From: Octopus sinensis
Lineage: Eukaryota
Direction: 5' to 3'
Assembly: GCF_006345805.1 (NCBI RefSeq)
Contig: NC_043004.1
Coordinates: 2,790,001 to 2,854,000, forward strand
Length of the DNA: 64,000 bases
Part shown: positions 26,266 to 38,779 of the stretch, one piece after another
Position numbering within the stretch: the stretch's first letter is position 1
Layout of the letters: every line of letters begins with the position of its first letter
Made by a program: the position numbers and the translations under genes
The notes under the pieces: generated by a model
What the model saw: the letters and a program-made list of their open reading frames with translations, nothing else
The model's database searches: none
Told to the model about the DNA's origin: nothing

Positions 26266-26842
26266 TTAGTTATCATTATTACTGTTTTCTAATTATTTTA
26301 TGCATGTTTTGAATTTTTTTTTTTATGTATTTTTAAGAAAACCAAAGCCATTTCACTATTTTGTAGTTCCGTTCTGTTGAAGTAAATCACCAACAACGAG
26401 TAAAATATTTCAACTTACACATAATTTTGAACTTACATCATTCTGTAATGCGAAAATAAGACAAGTCGGCAATCCACCACGGCGAATACTCAATCACTGC
26501 AGCAGAGCTGGGTGACAAGCAAGGTTCGGTGATCTATTAGGATAATGCTGGAGTCGGCTGCGACGGCTTGTTGACTTCTGTCGTATGCTGTTGATGATTT
26601 TCAAGACAGAACAAACGGCAATGGTGTTAGCTAGGTCACATGCACAAGATTGATGGCAAGATGCGGGCGACTCCAATAATACTACTACTTATAGTCATAG
26701 CAGTGACAGTAACGTTAACAACAACAACAACAACAACAACAAAACAACACTAATAATAATAATAATAATAATAATGATAATAATAATAATAATAATGATA
26801 ATAATAATAATAATAATGATAATAATAATAATAATAATGATA

Positions 26843-26892
<50 letters not shown>

Positions 26893-26917
26893 TGTCCAGG
26901 GTGTATGTGACTCGTGA

Positions 26918-26956
<39 letters not shown>

Positions 26957-27179
26957 ACCCAACCTTGTGACAATGATGCGAAGTGGGTGTGGATGGGCGA
27001 TGTAAAATAGATGACCGTGGGAGAAGATGATAAATAGAAAATAAAAAATAAAAAAATAAGGTAAATTAAAGAAAATAATAAGGTAAAATAAAATAACTAC
27101 GTGAAATTCCAAGAATGATAAAGAGTAACAACGAATGCAGAACGTGTGTGTACGTGTTTGCACTTGCGTACACACGTGT

Positions 27180-27236
<57 letters not shown>

Positions 27237-28199
27237 GAAGAAGAGAGAGAGACGGCATTGGAGAAGGAGGGAAAAAGTAAAATAAAAAACAGACGGCTGT
27301 ATAAAAAAACAACAAAAATACGTGAGACTACATGGATTGAAGATAATGAGTTGGATGATGTAGTTGGGACAGAGAGGAAAAAAAGGGGAGAGAATTACTA
27401 GAAGAGATGTGAGTGCGTGATGAGAAGGAAGCGCCTGTCAATTAAAGTCTGACATATTTACCGTTTTTGTATTGAGTGTCGCTTCCTCGCTGTTATTTAT
27501 ATCAGACCACAAAGAAGTGAACGAGCTAATAGTTTTGATGTGACCCAAGCTATAGTTTCGTTATTTTCAGCCCGGAATGTTTTATTATTTCGCTTAGAAT
27601 GTCTACTAAATACTACAGCAAAATAAGTTGTATTTTTTTTTTAACAGATCTTCCACGTAAAGCAACGTAATTGGAGTAATACTTGCTGATTTAATGCTGC
27701 AGCTAATGGAAGCTCTGTGAAAATTGTGAAGGAGGGTTCTGCACCGCCTAGATTAATTTCAAGCTCTTTTTTTTTCGTTTTTTTCTTACGTCTATAGTTA
27801 TTGTCCTACATCGGCACTGCACCACAAATTTATACGGGTTCAAACTGAAGCGCATGGCTTTGGTGCCTTTCCCGGGGATATTAGTGGCGTAAATGAATCA
27901 TTGTTGACGATGATGATGCTGTTGTGACTACCATTTATAATACGAAACAAGACGGGAAACGGTTACGCGGAAATGATAAGGCAGAGGACATGAACTCATC
28001 TATTTAGTTTTGTCATTTCAAATCGAAATATAACCAAGGCTGGCGTTGCGCATCACAACTTCAATGGAGAAAAAAAAAATAAAAACCACCAAGGAATGGA
28101 AACAAGATTGTCTGTTATTCGCCAAAATCTAAATTCTCTACAGTCAACTAAATTTGAAATTCTCTACATTAAGTTTTAGTTTTTCTCTTAGCAATCATA

Positions 28200-28465
28200 A
28201 ATCCCAGGGTGTTACAGTCTCGAGTCCGAGGGGCCGTAAGGCCGGTTGCTCGGTTTCTGTGGCGTATCACAAAAAACCGAGATCACAAAATCCTCCCTGA
28301 AAAGGACCTCAGGCCATCGCAGGGTTAGCCAATTGCAGCTGAGCATACTGCAGCAATGTGAGATGAAGTGTTTTGCTCAAGAACACAACGCTCCACCTAG
28401 GCTGGGAATCGAATCCATGGTCATGTGATCGTGAATGCAGCGCCTCTAACCACTCAGCCACGCGT
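28200..28465 (-). mobile_element. SINE family 4 (tRNA head, CORE-like segment, possible V-like segment)
   Basis: Minus strand: gtggctgagtggttagagg (A box), ggattcgattccc (B box), gtgttcttgagcaaaacactt, aaccctgcgatgg. Confidence 0.65.
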
Positions 28466-28530
28466 CTTCTTCCAGCTGGATGCAAGCATTATCAATGAAG
28501 GGAGCATTTAGTTGACAAGATTGGCAACTG

Positions 28531-28990
28531 AGGGGTGCTCAGCCACTTACACGTTAATTTCACGAGCAGGCTGTTCCGATGGTCGAAAGGCGTGGCTGTG
28601 TGGTATAAAGCTTGCTATCCAGTCACATGCTTCATGGATCAGTACCTCTGCGTGGCATCTTGGGCAAGTGTCATCTACTATAAAGCCTTGTGAGTGGATT
28701 TGGTAGACAGAAACAGAAAGAAGCCCATCGTATTTATATATGTATATGTTTGTGTGTGTGTTTATATAAATATATATGTTTGTTTGTGTGTCTGTGTGTG
28801 TCCCCCCAACAATCGCTTGACAACCGATGTCGTGTGTTTACGGCCTCGTAATTTAGTGGTTCAGCAAAAAAGATCGATAGAATAAGTACTAGGCTTACAA
28901 AGAATAAGTTGTAGAGTCGATTTGTTCGACTAAAGGCGGTGCTCCAGCATTGCCGCAGTCAAATGACTGAAACAATTAAAAGAGTAAAAG
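28531..28990 (+). mobile_element. SINE family 3 tail (28531-28580) abutting a SINE family 1 copy (28589-28990)
   Basis: gtgctcagccacttacacgttaatttcacgagcaggctgttccg is followed by ggcgtggctgtgtgg...aaatgactgaaac. Confidence 0.8.
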
Positions 28991-29419
28991 AATATATAAA
29001 TATATGCATATATATATAGCAGAAAGCGCTCTCACACACACACACGCACGTAGACACATGTTTACGGAAATATATCTACATATGAATAACAAACGTGAAG
29101 AAATAAGGAAAGATCAATACTCGCCTAACAAAGACTTCAAAACTCCAATCACATCGCTATATTTACTTCTAAAAATGACGATATTGTTTCAACAGCAAAA
29201 ACTAAGCACACGATATCTGGAACATTCCATTGAACAAAAATTTCATTGCAAAAGCCGTGAATTAATATTCTGGCAAGCATACTCGTCTGTTGTAGCGTTG
29301 CTCAGAACATTTAACAAAACATAAATTCTTCTAGAAAATTAAAATTGATTTTCTGAATATCTAATCAGTAAGCATCTTGTTTCAGTATATCGATACCTAA
29401 TCGATTGATTTTAATACTG

Positions 29420-29612
29420 TCAGAGCTGGCAGAATCGTTAGCACGCCAGACTTAATGCTTTGCAGCTATTTCGTTTGTCCTTACGTTCTAAGTTCAAATT
29501 CCGCCGAGTCCGACTTTGCTTTTGGTCCTTTCGAGGTCGATAAATAAAGTTCCAGTTCATCACTGGAGTTGATGACACTGACCTTGTGCCAAAATTTGAG
29601 ACAAATATATAT
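29420..29612 (+). mobile_element. SINE family 2
   Basis: gagctggcagaatcgttagcacgcc...aaatttgagac. Confidence 0.85.
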
Positions 29613-29626
29613 GTGTGTGTGTGTGT

Positions 29627-29848
29627 ACCAGAGTAAGCACATAAATGCGAAACAAGGTGGAAAAAGTAGTACTCGAATACCAGAGGTAGAGCAATATGCT
29701 TTATTGAAAAGCACCAGAAATATTATAAAAACTGTTACTCAGAGTTCCGCGATCCCGTTCATCGGACAGATTTGTTTAAATTCTAGATAAAACTTAACCG
29801 ACGAACGGGGAACGTGAAACTCTGAGTAACAATTTTTGTGTCAATATA
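29627..29848 (-). mobile_element. Fold-back hammerhead element family C, older copy
   Basis: Tail accagagtaagcacataaatgcgaaacaaggtgg matches 34021-34092. Imperfect inverted arms each carry a degenerate hammerhead (CCGATGA / CCGACGA cores). Confidence 0.8.
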
Positions 29849-29874
29849 GTATATATATATATATATATATACAA

Positions 29875-29908
<34 letters not shown>

Positions 29909-30246
29909 AGAGAGAGAGGGAGAAAGAAAGAGAGAGATGATGTGGATAGATAGATACATACATAAATACATACATACATATGTTTGCACGTTTTTGTCTT
30001 GCGCATTGTATCACCTGAAGATGTAGACACTAAGGACAAACCAGTGTCCTTCGATCGTTGTCCACCTAATTACTCACACTTCATGCCTTCAGGAGTGTAA
30101 AACACCAGTAATTAGTCTGTTAGGCATCTGTTGCTAACAGCACTCTTCTTTACAAATTATGGTATAAAATGGACAGAGGTAGAAACACGTGATGAAATTA
30201 ACGTAATATATACGTGTGTCTGTATCACTGCTTGTGTGTGCGTGTC

Positions 30247-30286
<40 letters not shown>

Positions 30287-30414
30287 TTCGAGCTAAACAA
30301 AAGTTTGATATAGAATGAATGTATTTTTACAGGGAAACAATTGATAAAATAATAATGTTTTAAAGTAGCCTTTCTGTAGAATAACGGTTATGGCATGAAA
30401 TAAAGAACAGGAAG

Positions 30415-30640
30415 TATATTGGTTCCAAAGTTTTGGACAAGGTCAGCAATTTCAAGAGAGCGGGTTAAGTCGCCCCCAAGTCGCCCCCAGTATACAACTG
30501 GTACTTATTTTATCGACCCCGAAAGGATGAAAGTTAAAGACGACCCCGGTATAATTCAACCTCAGAACTTAAAGACTAACGAAATACCGCTAAGCGTGTT
30601 ATCCGGTGCGCAAACGATTCTGCCAGCTCGCTGCCTTTAA
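30415..30640 (-). mobile_element. SINE family 2
   Basis: Reverse-complement core and head. Confidence 0.8.
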
Positions 30641-30729
30641 CAGGAAGTTTATTACCGGTGTTTAAGGTTCTCTCTTGAGTGGCCAAGGCAGACCGAGAAT
30701 GTGTTGTATTTCGTTTAATTATACGTTAA

Positions 30730-31113
30730 TGGACGCAATCCCTCGGTTACGACGACGAGGGTTCCGGTTGATCCCAATCAACGGAACAGCCTGCTCGTGA
30801 AATTAACGTGTAAGTGGCTGAGCACTCCACAGGCACGTGTACCCTTAACGTAGCTCTCGGGGATATTCAGCGTGACACAGAGAGTGACAAGGCCGGCCCT
30901 TTGAAATACAGGTACAACAGAAACAGGAAGTAAGAGTGAGAGAAAGTTGTGGTGAAAGAGTACAGCAGGGATCACCACCACCCCCTGCCGGAGCCTCGTG
31001 GAGCTTTTAGGTGTTTTCGCTCAATAAACACTCACAACGCCCGGTCTGGGAATCGAAACCGTGATCCTATGACAGCGAGTCCGCTGCCCTAACCACTGGG
31101 CAATTGCGCCTCC
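30730..31113 (-). mobile_element. Full-length SINE family 3 with 13-bp target-site duplication
   Basis: Head ggaggcgcaattgcccagtggttaggg...ggtttcgattccc. aattatacgttaa occurs at 30717-30729 and 31114-31126. Confidence 0.9.
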
Positions 31114-31449
31114 AATTATACGTTAACGAATCTTGACAATGAACTTTTAAATTTCTCCTGAAAGATGCTATCAAGGCATTGGCTTGGAATTTACCGCAAA
31201 CACCACAAAGGGACATCAGGTATTGACCAGCAAGCAATGTGAGCATTATCTTCTTCGAATCTCATCTACCGATATAAAATAGACAAAGACTTGTATGCAA
31301 GCATGCATTCACCTAAATTAATAGGATGGTCACGGATGGAATCTCTTTGATTATATGGAAACCTGACCAGGGCTCACCAACATAATCGACTAAATAACAA
31401 CTCAAGCATTTTTTGACAAGATATTCTTCGGTTACACTGAAATCAGTGC

Positions 31450-31610
31450 CTGACTGGTACTTTATTTCATCGAACTCGAAAGAGTGATTGGCAGACGTGA
31501 ATTCGGGGTGGTAGGGTATTAGATTTGAACACAGACTGTAAACAGCTGCAAGAAATATCTTTAACGCATTTAGTCAACCACGTGACAATTCTGCCAAGCC
31601 ACCGCCAAAT
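31450..31610 (-). mobile_element. SINE family 2, degenerate
   Basis: Reverse complement of ggcggtggcttggcagaattgtcacg...gttcgatgaaataaagtaccagtc. Confidence 0.65.
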
Positions 31611-32270
31611 TCGAATAATTTTATACCAACAAAAGGCAAAACATTTATACCGGAAGAAGTACATATAGTGTGTTCAAAAAGCTTCTCCGCAATGATTTTC
31701 TTCTCTCCAAGATGTATTTCGAAACATGTGTAGAAGAGCCAACCTAAGTATCGAAAACGAAGGACGACACTTTCAACACCTATTATAAAGTTTTTTAAAG
31801 TCTTGTAAAGTCTAATATATTCTCTTTGTAGTCTTATACCATCTAACAAATATTCATTTTGCAATAAAATATCTACTGCAGAGAGACCTTTTGAACACCC
31901 TGTATAATTGCTTGAATCACTTCAAGAACCATATTGATATTTATATTCTGTTTAAACGATTCGAGGAGAGGTTACTCCGACGGAGTCAATTCATTAGAAG
32001 CTCAGTAATTTTGGTCATCTGCTGATACTCTCGTATTGTCTGTGTAATTTTGGACGAAATATATTCGATAAAATTAGACCTAAATGCACATATTAGAAGT
32101 TATATTCGAAACCGAAAGGCTGAAGGCAGAAAAATCCTCGAAAAGAAGAGATAAATAAAAACTGCAGGGTATTTTGTTCAGAATTCTACCATTTCTTTCG
32201 CTTCTTTATTAATAACACATGAGTGCTAAGGCCCCAATTCTATTCGCTGACATTAAATGTAAATATACAT

Positions 32271-32301
<31 letters not shown>

Positions 32302-33739
32302 ATGTATGTATGTGTGTATGTATATGTATATATACGTAATATTTACATAATTATGTGCACATATATATTCGCATATATATGCATGTATGTATATATATAT
32401 ACACACGCGAATGGTCATATGATTTATTGATCAAACGTAATAACGTCAACTCCGGTTGGTGGATGGTAATATCATTAGAATATAGTTCCAAGCATCTTAG
32501 TAATTGTGAGATAAGAAAGTGTTTCAAGGTATAATTATCTAATTCTCTCGCTGCTTTCATCGAAGAAAAGAAACATCAACCAAAGTGTTTAGTAACGAAA
32601 TAATACGAAGAATTTTGAAGAATGGTTTTTAATCTGATCGGTGAACAATGATTTTTCAGTCGCTATTCGCCGATAAAAACCATCACACAATTCAAGATTA
32701 TGAACTTTACATCAAAGCAAAACGCATGTTGGACTAAAGATTTTGTGGAATATATAACATTAAACAATAATTGAGAAATTCCATTCTCGATGCATGGCCG
32801 TTCACTGGATACAACTACAGAGTGTATGAGAAGTCGTAATACATATATATATATATATATATATTTATACATATATATGTTTCTAGTAATTCTTCCAATT
32901 GAGGTTTGCATAACGTAATTAACACACGTCATAATTTTGCTCTGGTCTTCCAGTCTTAGACTAAAAATAAATAAAATATGAATTTTAAAATTTAATTATG
33001 ATTGTCTAACATGGAATGGAATGTAGATCAACCTATGCTTGATCATATTTCTGAAGGATATCGCTCAATCTTTTTTGCTAGAGAATTATTTTAACACCAG
33101 TAACCAATTAAAAATGTAAAAGTCTAACATATGATGCTGTAAATAGTGTCGTAATTTTTCGATCTATTTATCATAATTTCAGAAAAGAAAATAGTTTTTA
33201 ATAGTTTTATTTCAACCATGTTTCACTCGGTATGACTCCAATCGTCAGGGGTTGCCTCATTCGTTGATGGGTAACAAGCATCGATTCTGGGTTCGAACGA
33301 AAAACTTCATTTGTAATAACGAGACCCGAAATATGTACAAGATCTGGCAATTCTAAGAAGGCTGTCAAGTTTTTCTTTAGATTACATTGAATCATTATTG
33401 AACTCTATTTTAAGCTGGATAAAGAAATCAGTCATTGATATTCTGGTGCAAGAAAATAAAAAGAAGCATATGAAAAACGTAGAAATGAGAGAGAACTAGA
33501 TTCTATTTAAACCATGGGGCTGGACAGCCATAGAGTAATAAGAAAGGAATTATTACATGCCTACATCATTGTATAAAAGATTTTGAACCAATGAATCCGT
33601 TGTGTATATGTTTTTGAGTGTATATATGGGTGTGCATGCATGACTCATATATGCACACAGACACACACACAGATGTGCACACACGCATATATATATATAT
33701 ATATATAATATATATATATATATTATATATATATATATA

Positions 33740-33899
33740 CGACGAGCTTCTTTCAGTTTCCGTCTACCAAATCCACTCACAAGGTTTAGTAGAAGACACT
33801 TGCACAAAGTGCCACGCAGTGGTATTGAACCCGGAACCACGGAACCATGTGTTTGGGAAGTAACCTTCTTACCACCCACATACCAATGCCTGCACCTAT
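33740..33899 (-). mobile_element. SINE family 1, 5' half
   Basis: Reverse complement of ggttccgggttcaataccactgcgtggcactttgtgcaagtgtctt...gacggaaactgaaagaagc. Confidence 0.85.
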
Positions 33900-33964
33900 A
33901 TATATGAATATATATATATATATAATATATAATATATATATATATTATATATATATATATATAT

Positions 33965-34020
<56 letters not shown>

Positions 34021-34023
<3 letters not shown>

Positions 34024-34250
34024 GGAGTAAACACATAAATGTGAAACAAGGTGGAAAAAAGAGTACTCAAATACCAGTGGTAGAGTAATATGCTTTATTT
34101 TAAGCAGCAGAAAATTCAACAAAATCTGTTACTCTGAGTTTCTCGTTGCCGTTCATCAGACAGTTTTTGCTAGCAAAAACTGTCTGATGAACGGCAACGA
34201 GAAACTCAGAGTAACAGATTTTGTTGAATTTTCTGCTGCTTAAAATAAAG
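34021..34250 (-). mobile_element. Fold-back hammerhead element family C within a (TA)n array
   Basis: A 72-bp unique tail (34021-34092) plus a perfect 158-bp palindrome (34093-34250), with (TA)n on both sides. Confidence 0.9.
34180..34217 (+). ncRNA. Minimal type-I hammerhead ribozyme motif (mirror copy at 34126-34163 on the - strand)
   Basis: CTGT-CTGATGA-ACGGCAACGA-GAAA-CTC-A-GAG-TA-ACAG: intact core, GUA triplet, helix I 4 bp, helix II CG/CG with a GCAA loop. Confidence 0.85.
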
Positions 34251-34251
34251 T

Positions 34252-34348
<97 letters not shown>

Positions 34349-34915
34349 TGTGTGTGTGCGTGTGTGTGTGTGTGTGTACAGAGAGAGAGGGGGAGAGAGA
34401 AAGAGACAGAGAGAATAAGAAACAAAGTCTTCTCCTAGTACAAAAGAAAATTGATACAGCTGAGACATAGACACAGCAGAAACAAGAAACAGACGTTACG
34501 CTTCAGAAATCCACCGTGGACCTCAGCACGGCTAACTTCCGTGAAGATCTAAGAAATTTTGCGCTAGCAGTATGTCTGTTAGTGGTTGTGAATCAAAGAG
34601 ATTTTTAGCTAATTCCAATTGTTTCAATATACCTAGGGAAGTATTATACATAACATGACGATAATGATTAAACTATTAAAGCAAATTCCAATGTTAAAGA
34701 TGCGGTTGATCCGTTCTATTTTACTTGCTCTCTCTTTGGACGGCGGCCACGCCGGAGCATCAGCTTCAGTTATTTTAGTTGATATCAACTTTGCTTTATC
34801 GAATCTTTATCACATAGTGCATTTACTATTCTGACCTAAACAACTCGACATCGTACAGCAGTCAACACAAGTAATATATTATATATACTATATACAAACA
34901 AAAACACACACACAG

Positions 34916-34970
<55 letters not shown>

Positions 34971-34980
<10 letters not shown>

Positions 34981-35790
34981 TATATTAAATTAGAGATAAA
35001 ACCACTATTAGGCAAATCAAACAGTGAAAAACATAAGCCAATACACAAAATTAAATTAAAAGTATAAAAGTTAAAAATTAAAAAATTATTTTAAAAATTT
35101 AAACTTATAAATTTTAAATATATATATACAAATATATATATATATATATATGTATGTATATTTTTATATTTATATATTATTTTATTTATTAATTTATTTA
35201 TTTATTAATTTTTTATATAAATATCAAAAGTATTAAAAGTTTAATAAAAGATAAAGAGTAAAACACTACGATCGTTTCATGGCTGTACCAATTCGAATAA
35301 CAATAATTTAAATTCAATTAAAATTAATAATTCGAGTTATGGTTACAGTCAATCTTCAGGTTAATTGAAATATTTTAAAAATAATCAGAAATATTTAAAC
35401 AATATTTTTAAGATATAAATAATATAATAATTTTACTTATATAATTTTATTTAACTTTTAATACTTTTGATATTTATATAAAAAAAATTAATAAATTAAT
35501 AAATAAAATAATATATAAATATAAAAATATACATACATATATATATATATTTGTATATATATTTTTAAAATTTATAAGTTTAAATTTTTTAAATAATTTT
35601 TTTAATTTTTTACTTTTATACTTTTAAATTAATTTTATGTATTGGCTTATGTTTTTCACTGTTTGATTTGCCTAATAGTGGTTTTATCTCTAATTTAATA
35701 TAATATAATATATTTATACTATAAAATTGGATTTAATCCTAAATCTAATTTTTCCCTGTAAGTTTGGATTTATTCCCTAATATTATTATA
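34971..35790. mobile_element. AT-rich fold-back element family D (probable PLE terminal-repeat derivative)
   Basis: Inverted arms 34971-35241 and 35453-35712, a 211-bp spacer with a hammerhead-like motif, a unique tail at 35713-35790 and (TA)n flanks. Confidence 0.8.
35262..35364 (-). ncRNA. Hammerhead-like motif with long helix II
   Basis: AC-CTGAAGA-TTGACTGTAACC...GGTACAGCCAT-GAAA-CGATCG-TA-GT. Core intact and helix III palindromic, but helix I is only about 2 bp. Confidence 0.6.
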
Positions 35791-35818
35791 ATTATATATA
35801 TATATATATGTATATATA

Positions 35819-36434
35819 GGGTGGCGAATACTCGTTATAAATATCACCATCAGTGGCCTAGCATGAATAAAAAGTCAATAGACAACATATTCGTATTTCA
35901 AAATAGAAAATTACCCTTTAACAGGAAATTTTACATGCTAGAAATAGCAGCCAAACACAGCCACAAACCACAATTTTATAGCAAATTTCGAAGTAAATGA
36001 AAAATAAAAACCTTTATCTTGTTATATAACGGTTATACCATGGTTTCGAATCACTTTCGCGAATAATATCGTTTGCTATCTTTTAATAGATAATTTAGCA
36101 AGACCATATTATCTCCCAGGCGAATCGTCGTCAGTAACCGGCCTAAACAACTAGCTTATAACTCAGAGACAAGATAACACGTGTCCCATCGTTATATGCT
36201 ATAATTTTTGAAATATCGCGCGCAGGCGTATTTACAGTCAACAATAGATACAATGCCGAACTGAAACTTCGGGAATGCTAAGAACATATTCATAAGGTAC
36301 ATATATATATACAGGGTGGCGAATACTCGTTATAAATATCACCACCATAAAATTGTGATTTTTGGCCGTGTTTGGCTGCTATTTCTAGCATGTAAAATTA
36401 CCTGTTAAAGGGTAATTTTCTATTTTGAAATACG
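35819..36434. mobile_element. Rearranged Tc1/mariner-type non-autonomous element
   Basis: The ta-(c)agggtggcgaatactcgttataaatatcacca terminus is repeated directly near 35817 and at 36312. 88-bp inverted arms lie at 35892-35979 and 36347-36434. Confidence 0.55.
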
Positions 36435-36453
36435 TATATATATATATATATAT

Positions 36454-36454
<1 letters not shown>

Positions 36455-36536
<82 letters not shown>

Positions 36537-36537
36537 T
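36455..36537. repeat. (TAGA)n microsatellite
   Basis: Directly visible. Confidence 0.95.
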
Positions 36538-37035
36538 ATTATGTATACACATACACATAATATAGGTTTCGCATTGTTTCCGTTTACCAATTCTACTCGA
36601 AAGACTTTGAACAACTTATTGCTCTCGTAAAGCAAACCGAACGTGACGCGCATTAGAATCGAACTCGTAAACGCTTGCTTGCGGGACTAAATTTTTTAAC
36701 TACGTGATTATGTTTATGCCTTATAGTCCGAAAAATTATTTACTTTTATCCATAACTGAATTCTTCAGCATGAAATAGGTACAGGAATACAACATTATAC
36801 TAAAGTGAAAATACTTTTACCATTGCGGAGTTTTATGAATTGTTACAAATCCGAAGACTGTTTGGAATCGTAAAAATTGACCAGTTTTGTCACGGAAGTT
36901 GACTTTTGATCTGCTCTTCTGAGCAAAAGAAGAGATCATTAAATTATGCAAGATCTGGTTTTTCCGTTGAATGAAACTTGTACGCACGTTTAACGATTTG
37001 AAAAGAGATTATTATTTATATAAATTTATAGTTAA

Positions 37036-37873
37036 GGCGGCAAGCTGGCAGAAATGTTAGCACGCCGGGCAAAATGCGGAGCCGTATTTCGTCTGCCGTT
37101 ATGTTCTGAGTTCAAATTCCGCCGAGGTCAACTTTGCCTTTCGTCCTTCCGGGCTCGATAAATTAAGTACCAGTTACGCACTAGGGTCGATGTAATCGAC
37201 TTAATACTTTTGTCTGTCCTTGTGTGTCCCCTCTATGTTTAGCCCCTTGTGGTTAGTAAAGAAATAGGTATTTCGTCTGCCGTTACGTTCTGAGTTCATA
37301 TTCCGCTGAGGTCGACTTTGCCTTTCATTCTTTCGGGGTAGATAAATTAACTACCAGTTACGCACTAGGGTTGATGTAATAGACTTAATCCTTTTGTCTG
37401 TCCTTGTTTGTCCACTCTATGTTTAGCCCCTTGTGGGCAGTAAAAGAAATAAGAATCGTTAGCACGCCGGACAAAATGCTTTGCAGCATTTCGTCCGTCT
37501 TTGTATTCTGAGATCAAAGTGGCCGGAGTTGATTTTCCCTTTCATCTTATCGGGTCGATAAAATATGTACCAGCGGACCACTGAGGTCATGTAATCGACT
37601 TATCCCCTTCTTAAAATTTGTTACCTTTGTACTTATTTCTGAAACAAATATAAGCTTATAGAAAGGCGGTGAGCTGGCAGAGTCGTTAGCACGCCGGACA
37701 AAATGCTTTGTGGCGTTTCTTCCATCTTTACGTTCTGAGTTCAAATTCCGTCAAAATCGACTTTGTCTTTGGTGGGGGGCGGTCAAGCAAGAACAACCTA
37801 AACACTAGGGTCGATGTAATCGACTTACACCATTCCCTTATGTCGCAGGCCTTTCGCCAAAATTTGAAACCAG
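37036..37873 (+). mobile_element. Tandem cluster of four SINE family 2 units; the first two form a dimer
   Basis: Units at 37036-37266, 37267-37452, 37452-37650 and 37662-37873. Confidence 0.9.
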
Positions 37874-37890
37874 TATAAAATCTACTTATT

Positions 37891-38103
37891 CTTTTCTACT
37901 CTAGGCACAAGTCCCGGAATTTTGGGGCAGGGTACCAGTCGATTAGATCGACCCTTCTACGTAACTGGTACTTAATTTATCGAGCCCGAAAGGATGAAAG
38001 ACAAAGTTAACCTCGGCGGAATTTGAACTCAGAACGTAAAGACAGAAGAAATCCCGCTAAGCATTTCGCCCGGCATCCTAACATTTCTCCCAAATCGCCG
38101 CCT
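37891..38103 (-). mobile_element. SINE family 2 with 17-bp target-site duplication
   Basis: tataaaatctacttatt occurs at 37874-37890 and 38104-38120. Confidence 0.9.
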
Positions 38104-38249
38104 TATAAAATCTACTTATTTAAAATATTGTAGAGAAAGTTGACTGCTTTCGGAAAGTAAAATTTCTATGCAGTTTCAATCTCTTTTCGACGAAACTGCA
38201 CCTCTTTTTGTTGCAGCTACAAGGAAAACGGACTGACATAACCGCTGGA

Positions 38250-38491
38250 GCGTTGTAAAAATACAACATCGGTTGCCAAGCGATGGTGGCGGGAGCGCAA
38301 ACACAGACACAAACATATAAATATATAAATGGGCTTCTTTCAGTTTCCGTCTACCAAATCCACTGGCAAGGCTTTGGTTGGACCGAGGCTATAGTAGAAA
38401 ACACTTGCCCAAGGTGCCATGCAGTAGGACTGAACCCGGAACCGTGTGGTTGGTAAGCTAGCTACTTACCTCACAGCCACTCCTGCACCTA
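38250..38491 (-). mobile_element. SINE family 1
   Basis: Reverse complement of taggtgcaggagtggctgtgaggtaag... Confidence 0.9.
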
Positions 38492-38779
38492 TATACACAG
38501 TATCAGAAAATATTAGTTTCACGTTCTAATCACACAAAACCTCAATATGTTTTTGAGGTACGAACTTGGGGGTTTTGCAATATTCATACCATTAAAACAA
38601 CACAGCTCGAAGTTATTTCTCGAAATGAAATAATTCCAAACCGTGATTGAAGTTGACTCCAGGGTGTTTCGTCAGCGAACGTGTTCCGTCTCTTAAAACG
38701 TTCACAAAACTCGTTATAGAAAGTATTTTTTTATGTTTTATCCGTACAAACATTAGTAATTTTGACCCTACGCTTCCAC

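Noticed and set aside
30003-30056. CTGAAGA, a hairpin and CGATCG-TT, reminiscent of family D
   Set aside because: GAAA is absent (ctt instead) and helix I does not form.
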